From contig JAGCSI010000081.1 of assembly GCA_017964255.1 (NCBI GenBank), positions 1-59,109 of the forward strand: a stretch of 59,109 nt of DNA, read 5' to 3'. Position 1 is the first letter of the stretch, and the number at the start of each line of letters is the position of its first letter. The notes beneath the pieces are model-generated. The model did no database searches and was not told the DNA's origin. It saw only the letters and a list, made by a program, of their open reading frames with translations. A program made the position numbers and the translations under genes. This DNA comes from Bacteroidales bacterium. GTDB lineage: Bacteria; Bacteroidota; Bacteroidia; Bacteroidales; WCHB1-69. Of this stretch, positions 53,080-59,109 are shown piece by piece.

Positions 53080-56000
53080 TTATTGGTTGATTTTGATGAT
53101 TTTGACAATTCCAAGGTAGTCATTATCACTGTACAATCTTATGAAGTAAACACCTAATGTCAGCTCCTCGATGTTGACGTGTTGGGTTGAACTTGGGACT
53201 GACCAGCAGACATCCTTGACTTTACGTCCGATGGCATCGTAGATTACCGCTTTAGAAAATTGTACAAGTTCGTTGTCAATTTCAATGTTCACAATGTGAC
53301 GAGTCGGGTTGGGATAAGCATTGATGTTGTAGTCCTGTAATGAGGTGTATTGGTCAATACCCACAGTAGTGATAGTCAGGTGCAACGTTACGACACTGTC
53401 ACAGCCATATATGGTTTGCAATGTCTGAGTGTAATCTCCCGATTCACAATATTCGATATTATTCCATACATAACATCCGGTGTCAGTGACAGAGAATTGT
53501 GAATTTTGAGCATTCCAAACATTTACAGTGACACTGGCTATGCTGGTACATCCGTTCTCGTTGCTGCCGATTACCTGATATGTTCCTGCGGAATTTACTG
53601 TTAACGTGTTCTCGGTACTACCGTTGCTCCAGATGTATGTTGCTCCACCATTGGCTACAAGGGTAGTGTTTTCACCTTGACATATATCTGAATTACCAGA
53701 TATGGTGATAACAGGGATCTGTGATATTAATACAACTGTACTTGCTGTGTTAATGCAACCATGTTCCGATACTCCTGTAACCGTGTATACGCCAAAAGTA
53801 TTGATATTAATAGATGCTGAGGTTTCACCGGTGTTCCATATGTAACTTGTTGCACCATTGGCTGTTAAGAATGTGCTGGCTCCAGAACAAATGGTGGTGT
53901 CGCCAGTAATGGTCAAATGTGGAAGAGGATATACGTTAATGTTGATAGATGCGGTGCTGGTACAACCGAAGGTGTTAGCTGCGGTTACATAGTATGTTCC
54001 ACCTTGATTAACTGTTATCGGATTTTGTGTGCTGCCGTTATTCCACACATAGCTGTTGGCACCCGTGACAGTGAGAGTTGTAGTGCTTCCTTCGCATAGA
54101 CTGGTGTTTCCAAAGATGCTCACGTCTGGAGCTGGCAGAATGGTGATATGCAGGGTGTCGGCACTTGGGCAACCATTGTTATTGTTATAGTGATGGATGT
54201 AGGTTCCGCTCTGAGTGTAAGTCTGACCAGTTCCCGCCGTCCATGTGTATGACTCGCACTCGGTGACGGAGGTCGCATTGTGTGTACCGTAGTTTACAGT
54301 TAAAGTCATGGTGACGACAGAGTCGCAGCCGTTGACAGTCGGCAAGGTGGCGGTCTGAGTGCCGGCCTCGGTGAATTGGACGCCATTCCAAGTGTAAGGC
54401 AGTTCGCTCTCGCAGACGGTCTTGCTGTCGGTCACATTAAATGTCGGCAAGGTCGTTAAAGTCATCGTAACGACAGAGTCGCAACCGTTAATAGTCGGCA
54501 ATGTGACAGTTTGAGTGCCGGCCTCGGTGAAGGTGATGCCATTCCAGGTGTAAGGCAGTTCGCTTACGCAGATGGTTCGGGATTCGGATTTTGAGTAAAT
54601 CGGATTAACAGTCAGAGTCATTGAGACTATGGAATCGCAGCCAGCAAAGGACTGCAAGGTAACTGATTGAGTGCTGGCCTCGGTGAATTGGACGCCATTC
54701 CAAGTGTAAGGCAGTTCGCTTACGCAGATGGTTCGGGATTCGGATTCTGAGTAAATCGGATTAACAGTCAGAGTCATTGAGACTATGGAATCGCAGCCAG
54801 CAAAGGACTGCAAGGTAACTGATTGAGTGCTGGCCTCGGTGAATTGGATACCGTTCCAAATGATGGGCAGTTCGCTCTCGCAGACGGTTCGGGATTCGGA
54901 TTCTGAGTAAATCGGATTAACAGTCAGAGTCATTGAGACTATTGAATCGCAGCCAGCATAGGACTGCAAGGTAACTGATTGGGTGCCGGCTTGGATGAAT
55001 TGGACGCCATTCCAAGTGTAAGGCAGTTCGCTCTCGCAGACGGTTCGGGATTCGGATTCTGAGTAAATCGGATTAACAGTCAGAGTCATTGAGACTATGG
55101 AATCGCAGCCAGCAATGGACGACAAGGTGACTGATTGGGTGCCAGCCTCGGTGAATTGGACGCCATTCCAAGTGTAAGGCAGTTCGCTCTCGCAGACGGT
55201 TCGGGATTCGGATTCTGAGTAAATCGGATTAACAGTAAGAGTCATTGAGACTATGGAATCGCAGCCAGCAAAGGACTGCAGGGTTACTGATTGAGTGCCG
55301 GCTTGGGTGAATTGGATGCCGTTCCAGGTGATGGGCAGCTCGCTCTCGCAGACGGTTCGGGATTCGGATTCTGAGTAAATCGGATTAACAGTAAGAGTCA
55401 TTGAGACTATGGAATCGCAGCCAGCAATGGACGTAAAGGTAACTGATTGGGTGCCAGCCTCGGTGAATTGGACGCCATTCCAAGTGTAAGGCAGTTCGCT
55501 GGCGCAGATGGTGCGGGAGTCGGTCTCGGAGTAAATCGGATTAACGATCAGCGTCATCGAGACGATGCTGTCGCAGCCATTCACCGTTTCAAGCGTGGCG
55601 GTTTGTGTGCCGGCCTGGGTGAAAGTAACACCGTTCCAAGTATACGGCAACTCGCTGGCGCAGACGGTTCGGGACTCGGATTCTGAGTAAATCGGATTAA
55701 CAGTCAGAGTCATTGAGACTATGGAATCGCAGCCAGCAAAGGACTGCAAGGTAACTGATTGGGTGCCGGCTTGGGTGAATTGGATACCGTTCCAAATGAT
55801 GGGCAGTTCGCTCTCGCAGATGGTTCTGGAATCGGTGACGTTGTATGTTGTTTTCACCGTTATAGAGAACATAGTACTGGCCGTGCATCCGTATTCATTG
55901 GTAATGGTAACCGAATATGTAGTGGTGGCATCGGGAGTTACTGTGATACTTCTTTCTGTGGAATTATTGTTCCACAGATAAGAAGTAGCACTGTTAGCGG

Positions 56001-59000
56001 TTAATGTGGTACTTTCACCGAAGCAGATGATGTCATTTCCAGTAATAGTTGCGTTCACGCTGTTACAGGAGGTGGTGAAGGTTTTCTGCTCGCCGTAGCT
56101 GGTGCCTGCACTGTTGGTGGAGTAAGCGCGTACATAGTAGATGGTGTTGGGAGTCAAACCCGAGATGTTGCTAGTGAACGAGCCCGTTCCGCTGCCGTCA
56201 GTGGTGTGCGAACCGCTGACGGTTGGGTTCTGGTTGGTGCTCCAGCACACACCGCATGTGGTGACAGTAGCACCACCATCGGAAGTGACGTTGCCGCCAC
56301 AAGTGGCAGTGGTCGGTGTAATATTAATCACATCATTAGTGGAGACAACAGGAATAGTAATCGATGTCGTTGTGAAAAATTCAGGCAGACTCCAGTTGCT
56401 CAATGTGTCATGGTGGCAGATTGCTTGTACCTGTACCTCATACCTTGTGTCAGAATCAAGATTGTAAACTGTTGTATTATTGGAAGAAACATGTTGTGTT
56501 TGCCATTCTCCCGCAGGAGTGATTTCATAGATGCCGAAATCGTCAAGATTAAGCCAGAACATGTCACTGACATTGAAGTGTCGGATGGCAATATATCCTT
56601 GCATGCCTGCATAGTTGTTTAGATCAACAGCATATTCTGTATATTCAGATGTGGCTGTGGTTTCATCTATGATTTGAACGAAATCTGAAACATTGGTTCC
56701 CGTTGTAGAAACATAAATGGCGAAGTGTTCTGCTGAATAGTGCTCATCTTGTCCTCTCATCCAAACAGTTAATGTGCCGTGAAGATCCAATAGTGGGGAT
56801 ATAAGCCAGTTGTCGGGTGTCAAAGCACCGACATTATTTAGATAGCTTGCGGAGGTCATACAGTTGGATCCTGAATGACAGTTGAATGAGCTTACTTCAG
56901 AACTGGCTGTCCAGTTATATGTGTCACCATCGTTGTCAAGGGTGGACCATCCCATCGGCAAGCCAGTCTCGAAATCTGTGAAATAGATGGTGTCCACGAT
57001 AGAAGCCGTTCTATAATGAATGTTGTATTCTTCGCTCTCGCCATTCCAATTTAGGTCTATGGAATTTTGTGTGGCGGTCTGTATAGTAATTTGTGTTGGG
57101 GTAGGGCAAATTTCCAATGTGTTGAAAACAATAGTGTTGCCATATGCCGTCCCAATGTTGTTGGTAGCGTATGCCCTGATGTAATAGGTGGTTCCAGGGG
57201 TTAAGTCTGTGATTGTGCTCGTGAAAATACCAGTGCCGCTTCCGTTGGAGTTATGGCTGTCGCTTATGTTCGGGTCTGCTGAAGTGCTCCAGCATAAGCC
57301 TCGTTCAGTGACGGTTTCGCCACCGTCCAGTAATACGTTGCCGCTGCAGGTGGCAGATGTCCGTGTAATGTCAATAACCTCGTTGGTGAGTATTGTGGCA
57401 AGTGCATTCCCTTTAATACAGCGTACGGCCAATCCACATCCGGCAGATGCCCAGTGTAACTGTGGTTGGAATACAGTACTATTAATGTCTATGTCATAGT
57501 ATAGTCCTGAAGCGAAGGAGTTATTTCCAGAAGTTGCTGTCCATGAATATCCGGTAGTGCCAAAGCCTCCTCCGAATTCTCCAAAGAAATAACCGTGTGG
57601 TACAAATGAAAATCCTGTGAGATTGTTGGCTGCGGGATTATTACCGACGGCACATGTAGAGATTGTGTCAATGTCGGACCAGCCTTCTGTGGAAGCGAGC
57701 GCCTTGGCGATTTGCTGTTCATTGTCTCCACAGAAATAACTGTTTGTGCTGACAACATAGTTTGCCATTTGCGCTATTTCGCTGAAACTGGGTACATGCC
57801 ATCCTGTGGGGCAGATGCCTTGCACACCGCTTGGATTATTATCGGATTGTATCTCGCGCAATGCGCCTTTCATGTTGTATAGTAGCCCATAGACTTCTGC
57901 AGAACCAGGGGTGGGATAATATAATGCCATAGACAAATTGGAGGTGTCGCCAGTGCTGAGTGCAGTGCCGTCCGCATAGTGTGTGGCACGCATGTTCTCC
58001 CTCATCCAACATTGATTTCCGATTTGTACGGTATTGTAAACGTTGCCGTCAATGTCTGTAACGCTCTCTGCATTGGGACAAGGTTGTGCTTGTGGCATAT
58101 ATGGAATTGTGCTGCAAATCTCTTCGGAGGTGATAGGTTGCTCACATAAAGCAACTACTTTGTAACAGTGGGTGGACCCTTCTTCTACATCAGAGTCTAT
58201 GTAGTTTCCGCTGCTGACAGGTGTATTGTTTATCTTTTCATTGTCACGATAAACATCATAAGAGGAAAGTTCATTGTTGCTGAAATAACCATCAATAATC
58301 CATGCGTAGCCTGTTGCGCCGATATTCGCCAGCGTGCCCCAATTGCTATTAATGTTGATGAGGTTGTTGTATAAGTTGTTCACATTGTTGTTTCCGATTT
58401 GTAGGGCTCCGCCACTTACGTTAATGTATTCAAAACCGATAGTTAGTGATTTTGAACTGTCAATAAGTATCGGAGTTGTTAAGCCGAATACATTATAGCT
58501 GAATAGATGTACAGAACTTATAGGAATATCTTGACTATAATGATTTACAATGTTGAATTGGGTTGCGACAGAATCTTCAGACTCGTAAATATGTATCTTG
58601 GCGTTTTCTGGAATAGTACCCGTGTATGCTCCAATATGAGTTAGATATTTGCCATGTAATGATGATAAACTGTCTTTGGGATACCTTGATGCCATGATAA
58701 ATGAAACGTTGTCTCCGATAGATCCCCCTCCAGATCTATTAACATGATAAGAAAGGGTATCTGTGATGATGCTTTGTGGGTAGCTTGCCTGCCAATTGAG
58801 CAGTACTTTGTCCCAACTGGTGCTGGTATTTAAAGTGATGTTCTCGGGACAGATTATGCTTTCATAGTCATCACTATTTTCAACGATGATAATGACACTT
58901 TCAGTTCCGGTACAGCCATAATCGTTGGATCCGGTCACGGTGTAGGTGGTTGTAGAGGTCGGATTGACGGAGACACTGGCGTTTGTTCCGATTGTAGTAT

Positions 59001-59109
59001 TTCCACTCTTCCACACATAGCTGCTGGCTCCGGAAGCGGTGAGGGTGGTGTTTTGGCCGTAGTTGATGTTGGTATTGCCAGAAATGGTGACATTCACGCT
59101 GTTGCATGA
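53080..59109 (-). CDS. Giant T9SS-secreted protein, 5'-truncated by the window: Ig/FN3 domains, Fib_succ_major, cleaved adhesin, 52-aa repeats, T9SS type A CTD
   Basis: The frame stays open to the window edge (SCNSVNVT...). Motifs: DIDGNVYNTVQIGNQCWMRENMR; TDFETG...LTPDNWLISP...IAIRHF; AYPNPT...IYDAIGRKV...GVYFIRL...KIIKINQ. Confidence 0.92.
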   Translation of the reverse strand, partial: SCNSVNVTISGNTNINYGQNTTLTASGASSYVWKSGNTTIGTNASVSVNPTSTTTYTVTGSNDYGCTGTESVIIIVENSDDYESIICPENITLNTSTSWDKVLLNWQASYPQSIITDTLSYHVNRSGGGSIGDNVSFIMASRYPKDSLSSLHGKYLTHIGAYTGTIPENAKIHIYESEDSVATQFNIVNHYSQDIPISSVHLFSYNVFGLTTPILIDSSKSLTIGFEYINVSGGALQIGNNNVNNLYNNLININSNWGTLANIGATGYAWIIDGYFSNNELSSYDVYRDNEKINNTPVSSGNYIDSDVEEGSTHCYKVVALCEQPITSEEICSTIPYMPQAQPCPNAESVTDIDGNVYNTVQIGNQCWMRENMRATHYADGTALSTGDTSNLSMALYYPTPGSAEVYGLLYNMKGALREIQSDNNPSGVQGICPTGWHVPSFSEIAQMANYVVSTNSYFCGDNEQQIAKALASTEGWSDIDTISTCAVGNNPAANNLTGFSFVPHGYFFGEFGGGFGTTGYSWTATSGNNSFASGLYYDIDINSTVFQPQLHWASAGCGLAVRCIKGNALATILTNEVIDITRTSATCSGNVLLDGGETVTERGLCWSTSADPNISDSHNSNGSGTGIFTSTITDLTPGTTYYIRAYATNNIGTAYGNTIVFNTLEICPTPTQITIQTATQNSIDLNWNGESEEYNIHYRTASIVDTIYFTDFETGLPMGWSTLDNDGDTYNWTASSEVSSFNCHSGSNCMTSASYLNNVGALTPDNWLISPLLDLHGTLTVWMRGQDEHYSAEHFAIYVSTTGTNVSDFVQIIDETTATSEYTEYAVDLNNYAGMQGYIAIRHFNVSDMFWLNLDDFGIYEITPAGEWQTQHVSSNNTTVYNLDSDTRYEVQVQAICHHDTLSNWSLPEFFTTTSITIPVVSTNDVINITPTTATCGGNVTSDGGATVTTCGVCWSTNQNPTVSGSHTTDGSGTGSFTSNISGLTPNTIYYVRAYSTNSAGTSYGEQKTFTTSCNSVNATITGNDIICFGESTTLTANSATSYLWNNNSTERSITVTPDATTTYSVTITNEYGCTASTMFSITVKTTYNVTDSRTICESELPIIWNGIQFTQAGTQSVTLQSFAGCDSIVSMTLTVNPIYSESESRTVCASELPYTWNGVTFTQAGTQTATLETVNGCDSIVSMTLIVNPIYSETDSRTICASELPYTWNGVQFTEAGTQSVTFTSIAGCDSIVSMTLTVNPIYSESESRTVCESELPITWNGIQFTQAGTQSVTLQSFAGCDSIVSMTLTVNPIYSESESRTVCESELPYTWNGVQFTEAGTQSVTLSSIAGCDSIVSMTLTVNPIYSESESRTVCESELPYTWNGVQFIQAGTQSVTLQSYAGCDSIVSMTLTVNPIYSESESRTVCESELPIIWNGIQFTEASTQSVTLQSFAGCDSIVSMTLTVNPIYSESESRTICVSELPYTWNGVQFTEASTQSVTLQSFAGCDSIVSMTLTVNPIYSKSESRTICVSELPYTWNGITFTEAGTQTVTLPTINGCDSVVTMTLTTLPTFNVTDSKTVCESELPYTWNGVQFTEAGTQTATLPTVNGCDSVVTMTLTVNYGTHNATSVTECESYTWTAGTGQTYTQSGTYIHHYNNNNGCPSADTLHITILPAPDVSIFGNTSLCEGSTTTLTVTGANSYVWNNGSTQNPITVNQGGTYYVTAANTFGCTSTASININVYPLPHLTITGDTTICSGASTFLTANGATSYIWNTGETSASININTFGVYTVTGVSEHGCINTASTVVLISQIPVITISGNSDICQGENTTLVANGGATYIWSNGSTENTLTVNSAGTYQVIGSNENGCTSIASVTVNVWNAQNSQFSVTDTGCYVWNNIEYCESGDYTQTLQTIYGCDSVVTLHLTITTVGIDQYTSLQDYNINAYPNPTRHIVNIEIDNELVQFSKAVIYDAIGRKVKDVCWSVPSSTQHVNIEELTLGVYFIRLYSDNDYLGIVKIIKINQ
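54290..55850 (-). repeat. Intragenic tandem array, 156-bp unit, 10 copies (xCxSELPxxWNG...CDSIVSMTL)
   Basis: gcaga(t/c)ggt recurs every 156 nt from ~54412 to ~55816; several units are near-identical. Confidence 0.93.

Noticed and set aside
42031-58100. A complete DGR within the window
   Set aside because: There is no reverse transcriptase, and the three Fib_succ_major 3' ends are too divergent to be a TR/VR pair.
1-59109. Genome-wide TAG reassignment
   Set aside because: Several genes end at TAG exactly where their domains finish (4379, 5932, 40847, 44753), so TAG functions as a stop here.

Overview
Bacteroidales-type chromosomal window, judged from T9SS C-terminal domains, TAnnTTTG promoters, a GH97 gene and Fibrobacter-paralog domains. 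I found no rRNA, tRNA, CRISPR array, transposase or integrase. Block 1 (1-15585, +): a tightly packed 10-gene operon. It runs from a giant PKD-like-repeat surface protein (5' end outside the window) and an outer-membrane barrel, through a Zn-ribbon/Thr-repeat/FHA protein, a kinase-FHA fusion, an FHA-TM-trypsin protease and a probable catalytically dead protease paralog, to a membrane PP2C, a second (non-RD) membrane kinase and a BACON/barrel protein. This is the best candidate for an undescribed trans-envelope phospho-signalling or conflict system. Block 2: an ABC exporter. Block 3 (17584-40847, +): four secreted-protein genes (4782 aa adhesin/beta-helix/CARDB, 405 aa unknown, TSP3-repeat protein, 2083 aa DPNE/cadherin/52-aa-repeat protein), of which only the last has a T9SS signal. 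Block 4: an ORF6N gene whose frame continues through two TAG codons into an intact chitobiase/Fn3-associated domain, bracketed by GTAG REP-like palindromes. Block 5: two Fib_succ_major proteins. Block 6: a GH97-galM-galK-SSS galactoside operon with heptamer/octamer repeat tracts. Block 7: a T9SS protein, a lipoprotein-signal nitroreductase, and a second giant 52-aa-repeat T9SS protein on the minus strand (5' end outside the window). All domain calls come from motif recognition by eye; no searches were run.
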